Source of the DNA: a virus
Strand: one strand, 5' to 3'
IMG/VR virus record: IMGVR_UViG_3300045741_000353
Span: 1-37,742 of that record
DNA: 37,742 nucleotides
Shown here: positions 1-7,280 of the stretch, piece after piece
Layout of the letters: each line of letters opens with the position of its first letter
Position numbering within the stretch: position 1 is the first letter of the stretch
Position numbers and translations under genes: made by a program
The notes under the pieces: model-generated
Database searches by the model: none
Seen by the model: only the letters and a program-made list of their open reading frames with translations
Told to the model about the DNA's origin: nothing

Positions 1-127
1 TCGCCAGTTTCAATTAACGAAAATCCACCTGACTCTGGCGCTGTCTCTTGAAACATGCTCTTAAATTCTGACATATTATCCCCTCTCTTTTTTTTGTTTT
101 AAAATCAAATTATCAAGTCGCTTAAAT
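1..127. repeat. Terminal direct repeat, copy 1 (identical to 37616..37742); circular or assembly overlap
   Basis: Bases 1-127 match 37616-37742 by direct reading. The repeat cuts through genes: 1..74 (-) duplicates the 5' end of the 212-aa SSB-like gene, and 76..127 duplicates the 3' end of the 74-aa gene. Confidence 0.9.
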
Positions 128-300
128 GCACCTGAGAAAATCTCAGCGTGCTTGCTCGCTAAAATCGCGTCCTTTGCCAATTCAGTCAAATCTTTTAAAT
201 GCTTTTCAGTTTGTGTTAATTTTCTCATAGCTGACGAGTATTCAAGAGCTAAATTTTTATGCTCATTTATTAAAGCCCTATCAAAATTGTCCACCAGCAC
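76..300 (-). CDS. Hypothetical early protein, 74 aa, helical
   Basis: ORF track. Its stop lies 1 nt before the ATG of the SSB-like gene (across the circular junction), so the two sit in the same leftward operon. Confidence 0.6.
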   Translation of the reverse strand: MLVDNFDRALINEHKNLALEYSSAMRKLTQTEKHLKDLTELAKDAILASKHAEIFSGAFKRLDNLILKQKKERG

Positions 301-318
301 CTCTATTTTTTATTGTTT

Positions 319-663
319 TTAAACTTTGCGATATGGGTTTAACTTTTTCAACTGAAAAAAACCCTCAAACTCTGGATTTTTAAAAATGACAAGTCTTGTA
401 AAAAGAGCAATAAAATCATTGCTCAACTTAAAATCATTTCCGGTTGTCTCAATTGTTGTGTACCATCTAATACGATTAGCAATCATCCAACCAGAGAATC
501 TTTTACGTCCAGATTTTTTTGCCTCTAAAGAATATTTTAAAAACAAATCATAAACTTGTGGGTTCTCATTATTCCAGTCTTTAAAAAGCTTTAAAAGTAC
601 GGGCGAGCAATCAGAAAATATTTTATCAAATCTCGCTTTTCTCTCTTGTGGCGTCTCATCCAT
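319..663 (-). CDS. Conserved phage early protein of unknown function, 114 aa
   Basis: ORF track. It overlaps the upstream ATPase gene by 8 nt (coupled) and lies in the recombination module. Confidence 0.6.
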   Translation of the reverse strand: MDETPQERKARFDKIFSDCSPVLLKLFKDWNNENPQVYDLFLKYSLEAKKSGRKRFSGWMIANRIRWYTTIETTGNDFKLSNDFIALFTRLVIFKNPEFEGFFQLKKLNPYRKV

Positions 664-1438
664 TTGGTCTTTGCTTTGCTTTTTTAAGCGTTGGCGGGGG
701 AGCTATGTCAGCTTGCTTTGCACTTGTTGGGTCCTTTTGAAAAGCAAGCTGGAGTTGAGTCAAGAGCTCCTCGTAATCAATGGCCATCACTGGTGGCAGA
801 TGCCCGGTTCTATCTTTGGCATTAACGTTTGGCGTTGCCTTTGTTTGCATCATTCTTTTGTGCTCATTGTCCTGGTAACAATAGAAAATAAAATCAACTA
901 ACCCATTCACATAGCTCTTTGGCTGGTTGCTTAGGCTTGAATCAATATACATTCTCTTTACGCCCTTTGATTCTCGCTCACCTTGTTTCTCATGACTAAT
1001 AAAAACTAAACCAATGCCATAGTTGGCAACGTAATTGATTACCTTAGTAAATTCTCGCTTGATAATGTTCCAACCCTTACCAAACCCCTCATCTGACTCA
1101 TGCTCAATTTCTCTTAATTGCAAAGTGTGAATCGCGCAAAACTCAAATGCGTTGTCAATTGTGTCAATGATGATGGTTTTAAATTGATGTTTCTCAGTAC
1201 ATAAAAGTCTAATTGCTTGGCAAAATTCAGTCCAGTTTTTTACAATTTTAGGATTACCATCATCATCTGTGATTTGATTTACCTCTAGATAATTTAGTCC
1301 AGGCTCTGTTGGGATGAAAATTGCGTCAGGAAATTTAGACGCTAGAGTTGATTTTCCAGAACCAGGGTCACCGTAAATTAGAAATTTGTATTTTGATAAA
1401 TCTGTGCATCTAGGCTTTGGCTTGTCTGGTAATTTCAT
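656..1438 (-). CDS. Sak4-like RecA-fold ATPase (AAA_24-type), recombination or ssDNA annealing
   Basis: N-terminal Walker A in the context FLIYGDPGSGKSTLASKFPDAIFIPTEPG is typical of phage Sak4/AAA_24 proteins. A hydrophobic strand ending in D (IIIDTID) serves as Walker B. Confidence 0.75.
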   Translation of the reverse strand: MKLPDKPKPRCTDLSKYKFLIYGDPGSGKSTLASKFPDAIFIPTEPGLNYLEVNQITDDDGNPKIVKNWTEFCQAIRLLCTEKHQFKTIIIDTIDNAFEFCAIHTLQLREIEHESDEGFGKGWNIIKREFTKVINYVANYGIGLVFISHEKQGERESKGVKRMYIDSSLSNQPKSYVNGLVDFIFYCYQDNEHKRMMQTKATPNVNAKDRTGHLPPVMAIDYEELLTQLQLAFQKDPTSAKQADIAPPPTLKKAKQRPNG

Positions 1439-1812
1439 TCTTGTCCCTCTGCATATGTTTTACATGACTTAAATTGATTTTGAGTAAGTCTGTCAATCAC
1501 ATCCTCTGTCAAAAGCTTGAGCCCTTTTTTGTCAGGCTTAGTTTTTTCACATTGGTTAAATCCATCCAAAAGTCCAAATCGGTAAGATTGTTTTGCCGTC
1601 CAGTGTTGAGTGTACCAATCATGGTATTGCGCAATCCTTTGAATTGATTTTGAGAATGTTTCTATTTCATTCTGATGCTCCATAAATCCCTCGTTTAGGA
1701 TTTCAGCCAGACGCTCATCAGTCATTTTGTCTATGACTAGACCTAATCTAGATTGCCTGTCACCAAACCTTACCCCTAAGGTAAAGACATGGAGTGCTTT
1801 GATTAAATTCAT
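1435..1812 (-). CDS. Hypothetical protein, 125 aa; first gene of the leftward operon
   Basis: ORF track. A 4-nt overlap (ATGA-type) couples it to the downstream ATPase gene. Confidence 0.55.
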   Translation of the reverse strand: MNLIKALHVFTLGVRFGDRQSRLGLVIDKMTDERLAEILNEGFMEHQNEIETFSKSIQRIAQYHDWYTQHWTAKQSYRFGLLDGFNQCEKTKPDKKGLKLLTEDVIDRLTQNQFKSCKTYAEGQE

Positions 1813-1879
1813 TTTTTTGAACCACGCTTTTTGTAATCTGGAGGCACTCTAATTCTGAATTTACAGGTTTAGCAAATAC

Positions 1880-1912
1880 AAAAAAAAATGGCCAGGTGCG
1901 TGACGCCTGGCC
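1880..1912 (-). terminator. Terminator-like hairpin plus T9 on the minus strand, in the divergent control region
   Basis: GGCCAGG (1890-1896) pairs with CCTGGCC (1906-1912), with a 9-nt loop. The A9 run at 1880-1888 reads as T9 on the minus strand, immediately 3' of the hairpin. Confidence 0.45.
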
Positions 1913-2035
1913 AGGAAATTGAGCCTTGTGGGTGACACAAGGTTTAAGACTTTGCGTGAGCTTGAACTGTATTGTTTTTTAAATTTTACTGCAAGCTCAA
2001 AACAGCGTGTTTTGCACATTTTAAAGGGGGGATTT

Positions 2036-3268
2036 TTGACGATATCAGAAAAGGACCTGAGGTCCTTGCAACAGAATCGCATTTCTATAATTAAAAGAGA
2101 CATATCAGATAAATGGGATACAAAATCAACATATGAGCCATTTGCTTTTCTGTTTGAAAATTTTCTAAATGATATCAGGAAAGATTTTTTAACAGGTGTT
2201 GCATATTACAAAGATGCTTTTGGCAAACAAGTGCCAGTTGAGAATGAAATTGAAAATTTAAAATCAATCGCTTTTTCTTGTGGTTTATCTGATTCAAAAA
2301 CACAAATGCATCTAATGCGATATTTGAAACTTTTGCCACCAACATGGTTGGTGGATATCCCCAAATGGGATTTTACAGATAGATTGCGCACACTTTGTTT
2401 TAGTACAAAAGTTTTAAACTTGTCTCAGGAGTGTTTTTATCAGCATTTACTCGCGTGGGGTGCGGGTATTTTTGCTAGAGCTAATGACAATTACAAACAA
2501 AATCATGTGTTGATTTTAAGAGGCAATCAAGGGATTGGAAAAGATTTTTTTATTAAGGTTTTACTTAAAGGTCTTGGACCATATTATGGAGTATGGACTA
2601 ATTCTCGTGATGAAAAAGAAATCATTATGCTCATGGAGCGCTCTTTGGTTTTGAATATCCCTGAGTTTGATAATACTCATCAAAATGAAATTGCAATGCT
2701 CAAAGGTTTAATTACAAAATATCAAGCAACTTTTAGATCACCCTATGCACGTAAAGCAGGCACAGTTTCTTTGCGTTCAAGTTTTGTTTCCTCCGCAAAT
2801 TGCGAATATCTTTTGCGCGATGGTACTGGCAATAGACGATATTTAATTTTTGTTTTGGAGAGTTTTGATTTACTTGAAAAATTTGATGAATTTGATAGTT
2901 CACAAATTTTAGCTCAATTTAAATGGGCATATGAGACCAAGTTTAAAGCAGAGCCTGAGTATAAATTGGCCTCTGATCAGTACATTCAAACTCAAACTCC
3001 AGAACCAATTGAGGATGAAATTTTTAATTTTTGGAACGCAGAGGTTAAAGACTATATGCGTCTAACAAATAACCGTCAAGGTGAGTGGCTGCCCGCTCAT
3101 TCTTTAATGCACATCTTTGCCAAGATCAAAAAAGAGTTTGGCTATGGACGCAATCATGTTGGTGTAATTTTGCAAAACAGGGACTGTAAAACCAGAAAAA
3201 CTGGTGGTGTGTTTTATCGCTGCAACCCGTCACTTTATGTCGCACCAAGTCCACAATTAGGACTTTGA
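2036..3268 (+). CDS. VirE/VapE-family P-loop helicase-like replication protein
   Basis: Walker A LRGNQGIGKDF and the VirE-type motif LLRDGTGNRRYLIF. The ORF is open from TTG 1919, but the in-frame TTG at 2036 follows GGGGGGATTT, the same SD and spacing used by other genes here. The start is therefore uncertain (1919 or 2036). Confidence 0.75.
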   Translation: MTISEKDLRSLQQNRISIIKRDISDKWDTKSTYEPFAFLFENFLNDIRKDFLTGVAYYKDAFGKQVPVENEIENLKSIAFSCGLSDSKTQMHLMRYLKLLPPTWLVDIPKWDFTDRLRTLCFSTKVLNLSQECFYQHLLAWGAGIFARANDNYKQNHVLILRGNQGIGKDFFIKVLLKGLGPYYGVWTNSRDEKEIIMLMERSLVLNIPEFDNTHQNEIAMLKGLITKYQATFRSPYARKAGTVSLRSSFVSSANCEYLLRDGTGNRRYLIFVLESFDLLEKFDEFDSSQILAQFKWAYETKFKAEPEYKLASDQYIQTQTPEPIEDEIFNFWNAEVKDYMRLTNNRQGEWLPAHSLMHIFAKIKKEFGYGRNHVGVILQNRDCKTRKTGGVFYRCNPSLYVAPSPQLGL

Positions 3269-3281
3269 AAAAAAGTAAATG

Positions 3282-3432
3282 CTACATTTATGTAGGTTTT
3301 TTTTTAAAAAAATACATACTTTTGTTTAATTAAATCAAATATTTATTAATAAAATGTAGGTTATGTAGGCTTAATATAAAAGACCCTCTAACGAAATATT
3401 ATATAAAGGGGAATGTAGGTTAAATCCTACAT
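3282..3432. promoter_or_regulatory. Cluster of ATGTAGG motifs (4 direct, 2 inverted) around an AT-rich core; candidate origin or operator
   Basis: ATGTAGG at 3290, 3354, 3363 and 3413. CTACAT at 3282 forms a palindrome with the 3290 copy. CCTACAT at 3426 forms a 7-bp inverted repeat with the 3413 copy (6-nt spacer). Confidence 0.5.
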
Positions 3433-3457
3433 CATTTGTTAACTTTAAGGATGCAGT

Positions 3458-3814
3458 GTGACAAAAAATCAATTAAAAAACCGTCTAATGCGCGTAAAGG
3501 GCCTTAGGCTCCAAGACCCTTGGGGAGACACCTGTATCCTTGGCTGGATGAGGGGGGATGAGGTCTGGGTTTATTATCCAGGGCTTGATATCCCCTTTAA
3601 GCGAGACCTTGATCAGCTGGTTGACGCTGCAAATGGCATTTTCCTTGCCGACAAGTCTCCGCAGTTTGAAAAACGCATGATTCTAGCCTCTGGCATTGAG
3701 GTGGTGCTCCAGTATGAGCCATATTGGCATCCAACTGTGCCTAAGCCTCAAAAACCTGTCCTGGCTCATTCTGGAGCATTTAAACGTAAGACCAAAAGAC
3801 CGATTTATTGGTAA
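3458..3814 (+). CDS. Hypothetical protein, 118 aa (GTG start)
   Basis: ORF track. AAGGA lies upstream of the GTG. GC is higher than in the flanking backbone. Confidence 0.5.
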   Translation: MTKNQLKNRLMRVKGLRLQDPWGDTCILGWMRGDEVWVYYPGLDIPFKRDLDQLVDAANGIFLADKSPQFEKRMILASGIEVVLQYEPYWHPTVPKPQKPVLAHSGAFKRKTKRPIYW

Positions 3815-3876
3815 ATTACAATGCGTTGTGTTATATTTAGGTTGTAACGAGATTTCTATTTTCTGGAGGTCATTTG

Positions 3877-4011
3877 ATGGCTCACAAAATCTACAACCTA
3901 CAATTGCTGCAAATTCATTTCAGGTCCATTGGCTGTTGGCATATGGCTGATTTAATTGGTCGTATGATTGCCGGCCAAATGTCTGTTGAGTCAAAGGTGG
4001 TGACTAAATGA
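3877..4011 (+). CDS. Small hypothetical protein, 44 aa (below the ORF-track cutoff)
   Basis: ATG is preceded by a canonical GGAGG with about 7-nt spacing (ctGGAGGtcatttgATG). Translation: MAHKIYNLQLLQIHFRSIGCWHMADLIGRMIAGQMSVESKVVTK. Confidence 0.45.
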   Translation: MAHKIYNLQLLQIHFRSIGCWHMADLIGRMIAGQMSVESKVVTK

Positions 4012-4079
4012 TTTTTGTTGTGTCTTTGGTTTCAATCTGGGCAACAATTTTATTTATTGCTGTTTATGGGACATTTTAA
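4008..4079 (+). CDS. 23-aa hydrophobic micro-protein (single TM-like helix)
   Basis: ATGA overlap with the preceding 44-aa ORF. Translation: MIFVVSLVSIWATILFIAVYGTF. Confidence 0.35.
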   Translation: MIFVVSLVSIWATILFIAVYGTF

Positions 4080-4080
4080 T

Positions 4081-4317
4081 TTAACGCTTTTCAATCCATC
4101 CCTCAATGTGACTAAGCCTTGAATCAATTTTTTCTAGTTTTGTCAGAGCTTGTTTTAACAATTCTTTTGTGTTTTGCAGGTCTATTTGTGCAGCACTTGC
4201 CTTGGCGTCAATGTTAGTTAACCATATCAAGCCACCAACTAAAATCGGGATACATCCAATCACCGCATAGAGTGAAATCTGTGTTTTATCATCAATCGTT
4301 ACACTCTTTGGTGCCAT
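4081..4317 (-). CDS. Small membrane protein, 78 aa (TM helix plus C-terminal coiled coil), antisense to the surrounding operon
   Basis: ORF track. TM segment ISLYAVIGCIPILVGGLIWL is followed by a heptad-like helix. No clear SD. Confidence 0.45.
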   Translation of the reverse strand: MAPKSVTIDDKTQISLYAVIGCIPILVGGLIWLTNIDAKASAAQIDLQNTKELLKQALTKLEKIDSRLSHIEGWIEKR

Positions 4318-4420
4318 AGCTGAATGGTGACAGCGCTATTTTTTTTTATCAACAAAAATTGAGGCAAAGGGTTAGAAAAAGTCCAGTTGGTATTGCGCCA
4401 AATCATGTTTAGCTTGACCA

Positions 4421-5143
4421 TTGGCTGTGGCGATAAATCGGCATCAACGCCTTTTGGTGTTTCCAGACCTGCACTGTCCATATCAACATCCAGATGCTGT
4501 TGATTTTCTTGGTGCGCTCAAAAAGAAACATAGACCCACTCGGGTCATAGGCCTAGGGGATGAATCTGATGGCCATGATATTTCTTACCATGAGTCAAAC
4601 CCAGATTTGATGTCAGCTGGATATGAGTTGCGTGCAGCAATCAGGGCTCTTGAGCCGATTTATCGCCTGTTTCCAGAGGTTGATATGATGTGGTCCAATC
4701 ATGGCTCACTCGTTTTTAGAAAAGGCCTAAGTGCAGGCCTCCCCGCTGACGTATTCAAAAGTTATAATGAGATTTATCACGCTCCAAAAGGTTGGGTCTG
4801 GCATCAGGACCTAACTCTTGAATTGCCAAATGGACAATCAGTTTATTTTTGTCATGGTCGCCAAGCCAACGCACTTGGGATGTCTCAAAAACTTGGGATG
4901 TGTACAGTCAATGGTCATTACCACACCCAATTTTCAATCCAAAAATGGTCAACTCCACTCGCCACCAACTGGGCAATGGTCTGTGGTTGCTTGATTGACC
5001 CAAGGTCCAGTGCCTATGCCTATAACCACCTCCAGGTCCTGCGACCAATTCTTGGCGCTGGCGTGATTTTAGATTCACAACCTAGACTTGAATTGATGTT
5101 GCTTGACAAAAGAGGTCGGTGGACAGGCAAACTCTATGGTTAA
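4421..5143 (+). CDS. Calcineurin-like metallophosphoesterase
   Basis: Motifs in order: FPDLHCP (DxH), GLGDESDG (GDxxD), SNHG (GNH[E/D]-like), GHYH. TTG start 4421; GTG 4427 is an alternative. Confidence 0.7.
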   Translation: MAVAINRHQRLLVFPDLHCPYQHPDAVDFLGALKKKHRPTRVIGLGDESDGHDISYHESNPDLMSAGYELRAAIRALEPIYRLFPEVDMMWSNHGSLVFRKGLSAGLPADVFKSYNEIYHAPKGWVWHQDLTLELPNGQSVYFCHGRQANALGMSQKLGMCTVNGHYHTQFSIQKWSTPLATNWAMVCGCLIDPRSSAYAYNHLQVLRPILGAGVILDSQPRLELMLLDKRGRWTGKLYG

Positions 5144-5201
5144 ATGCCTGGACTGGCATATTTTCTGATTTAATGTCATGCTTTTAAATCAAAGGTCACC
5201 G

Positions 5202-5432
5202 ATGCCCAGTAAATCCAACTATGTTAGAACCTTGGAGCATCGCTTAAAATATTTAAAAGAGATTGTACTGCCACAGATGTTGTCAAATGGTGTAAATGTT
5301 AAACCCAACAAAATCCACTGGGTCAAAGCTGATATCGCAGCGCTTGAGTGGGCCATACCGATTTTGAAATTAAAAGTTTTAGGGGATAGGGATTTTTATG
5401 GCAAAAATGGGGCGACCAACCTGCTTAAATAA
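5202..5432 (+). CDS. Hypothetical protein, 76 aa
   Basis: The ORF is open from 5178, but ATG 5202 has AAAGG about 6 nt upstream. It lies directly upstream of the terminase genes. Confidence 0.5.
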   Translation: MPSKSNYVRTLEHRLKYLKEIVLPQMLSNGVNVKPNKIHWVKADIAALEWAIPILKLKVLGDRDFYGKNGATNLLK

Positions 5433-5838
5433 ACAGCTAAAAGAGATTGCAGTTGGCCTAGCCAGAGAAAAAGGTGCAACAATTCGCTCTATTGCTGCCA
5501 AACTTGGAATTGGTAAGTCTACGCTTTATCTGTATTTACAAAAGGATAAAGACTTTTTGGACAATTTAGAAAAGGGCCTTGCTATGGCTGATGATTTAGT
5601 TGAGTTGTCTCTTTTTCGCAGAGCCATAGGTTACACGCATGGTGAGGAAAAAATCTTTTATGACTCTGTCAGAGGCAAAACTGTAAGAGAAAAAACAATC
5701 AGACATTATCCACCATCAGAGGCAGCAATGGCCATGTGGTTAAAGTGTCGCAGGCGTGCTGATTGGGGAGATAAAGCAAACGAGGATGAAACAAAAGACA
5801 TCCCAATTGTGATTGCAAAAGATGAGCAAAATCTTTAA
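5398..5838 (+). CDS. terS: Terminase small subunit (HTH-containing)
   Basis: N-terminal HTH (IRSIAAKLGIGKSTLYLYL). It lies immediately upstream of, and overlaps, the large terminase gene. SD is GGGGATAGGGAT. Confidence 0.65.
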   Translation: MAKMGRPTCLNKQLKEIAVGLAREKGATIRSIAAKLGIGKSTLYLYLQKDKDFLDNLEKGLAMADDLVELSLFRRAIGYTHGEEKIFYDSVRGKTVREKTIRHYPPSEAAMAMWLKCRRRADWGDKANEDETKDIPIVIAKDEQNL

Positions 5839-7096
5839 CCGCACAGAAAAACAAAAACAGCAAACTACAATGCTGTCTGGTCCTCATCGCCACGCGATGT
5901 CTTACGGTGGTTCTAGGTCTGGCAAAACTTTTGGTATTTGCAGAGCCATGATCATTAGAGCAATGAAATGCAAAAGCCGCCACGCAGCTTTACGTTTTAA
6001 ATTCAATCACGCCAAAACATCCCTTTGGTATGAGACATTTCCAAAAGTGTTTGACGTTTGTTTCCCTGGTCTAAAAGTTAATGCAAACAAATCAGATTGG
6101 TTTTATCAGTTGCCAAATGGGTCTGAAATTTGGATTGGTGGCCTTGATGAAAAAGAGCGAGTTGAGAAAATTTTAGGCAAAGAATATTCTACGTTGTTTT
6201 TTAACGAGTGTTCGCAATTGCCATATGGCTCTGTGCAAATTGCGCTCACTCGTTTGGCAGAGCAAAATATTTTAAAAAAACGCGCTTGGTATGATGAAAA
6301 TCCACCGACTAAGCGTCACTGGTCTTACCCTCTTTTTATCAAAGGTCTTGACCCAGATACTTGGGAGCCGCGCAAAGATGCTGATCAATTTACCTCAATG
6401 CTAATGAACCCAGCTGACAACTTAGACAACATTGATTCTGATTATGTCTCTGGTGTGCTTGATAATTTATCAGAGCGTGACAGAAAACGATTTAGGGATG
6501 GTGAGTTTGGTGAGGATGCGAGCGGAAATATTTATCATGCCTTTGATAGAAACATTCACGTTACAAGCTTTGAGCGCGCAAACGTACCTCTCATTTTAGG
6601 CATGGATTTTAACGTCAATCCACTTACTTACACAATTTGTCAAATTGTGGAGGATGAGCTTTGGGTTTTAGATGAGGGATATTTGCAAAACAGTCACACA
6701 GCTGCGGCAGCGGAGGACATCATAAAAAGATATCCTGGACGTTGGACCATCATCCCTGACTCAACTGGTAAAGCTAGAAAAACATCAGCCTCTGGAAAAA
6801 CAGACCATCAGATTTTGCGAGACGCTGGATTTAACGTGCCTTTTGTCCAAAATCCTTTTCGCATGGACCGATACAATGAGGTAAATGCGCTCTTAGAAAA
6901 GAAACGCCTTAAAATTCATCCTCGTTGCGTTAAAACAATCAGAGACCTTGAGCAAGTGAGCTATGCAGAGGGCTCAAACTTACCAGATGAAAAAGACCCG
7001 ATGTTAGTCCATATCTCTGATGCGCTTGGTTATCTGGTTCACTATGCTTTTCCTTTGGTCAAAATTGAGAGTGGTGTTTACATGGTTAACCGATGA
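5822..7096 (+). CDS. terL: Terminase large subunit
   Basis: Walker A GGSRSGKT and Walker B-like LFFNEC. The C-terminal nuclease region has GMDFN. The ORF is open from TTG 5813, but ATG 5822 is preferred. Confidence 0.85.
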   Translation: MSKIFNRTEKQKQQTTMLSGPHRHAMSYGGSRSGKTFGICRAMIIRAMKCKSRHAALRFKFNHAKTSLWYETFPKVFDVCFPGLKVNANKSDWFYQLPNGSEIWIGGLDEKERVEKILGKEYSTLFFNECSQLPYGSVQIALTRLAEQNILKKRAWYDENPPTKRHWSYPLFIKGLDPDTWEPRKDADQFTSMLMNPADNLDNIDSDYVSGVLDNLSERDRKRFRDGEFGEDASGNIYHAFDRNIHVTSFERANVPLILGMDFNVNPLTYTICQIVEDELWVLDEGYLQNSHTAAAAEDIIKRYPGRWTIIPDSTGKARKTSASGKTDHQILRDAGFNVPFVQNPFRMDRYNEVNALLEKKRLKIHPRCVKTIRDLEQVSYAEGSNLPDEKDPMLVHISDALGYLVHYAFPLVKIESGVYMVNR

Positions 7097-7106
7097 GAAT
7101 TAAAGG

Positions 7107-7280
7107 ATGGGACGCTTTATAAAAATAAAAAGGAAAAACCAATGTCGCAAGCACAGATTTAGAAATATCTTTGAGGCGAGACGACAAGCTGACAAACATG
7201 GGATGCGAGCATATCCATGTAATTTGTGCGGTGGCTATCATTTAACGAGTCAAATTTTTAAAAAAGGGGATGTAATTTGA
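7107..7280 (+). CDS. Small basic zinc-finger-like phage protein, 57 aa (below the ORF-track cutoff)
   Basis: Translation: MGRFIKIKRKNQCRKHRFRNIFEARRQADKHGMRAYPCNLCGGYHLTSQIFKKGDVI. The C..H...C..C-GGYHLTS pattern recurs in small phage proteins near packaging genes. The stop overlaps the portal TTG start. Confidence 0.55.
   Translation: MGRFIKIKRKNQCRKHRFRNIFEARRQADKHGMRAYPCNLCGGYHLTSQIFKKGDVI

Noticed and set aside
1-127. Terminal repeats as the ends of a mobile element (LTR/IR) or prophage att sites
   Set aside because: The repeats are direct, exactly 127 nt and fall inside coding sequence that continues seamlessly across the junction. This is consistent with a circular assembly overlap rather than insertion boundaries.
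1861-2103. 80-aa minus-strand ORF in the divergent control region
   Set aside because: It runs straight through the terminator-like hairpin and T9, has no SD and has an implausible composition. The region is better explained as regulatory or structured RNA plus the 5' end of the VirE-like gene.
3269-3300. Strong intrinsic terminator after the VirE-like gene (CTACAT-TT-ATGTAG plus T9)
   Set aside because: The stem is only 5-6 AT-rich bp with a 2-4 nt loop, which is too weak to call confidently. The palindrome is more parsimoniously one member of the ATGTAGG motif cluster, although some terminator activity cannot be excluded.
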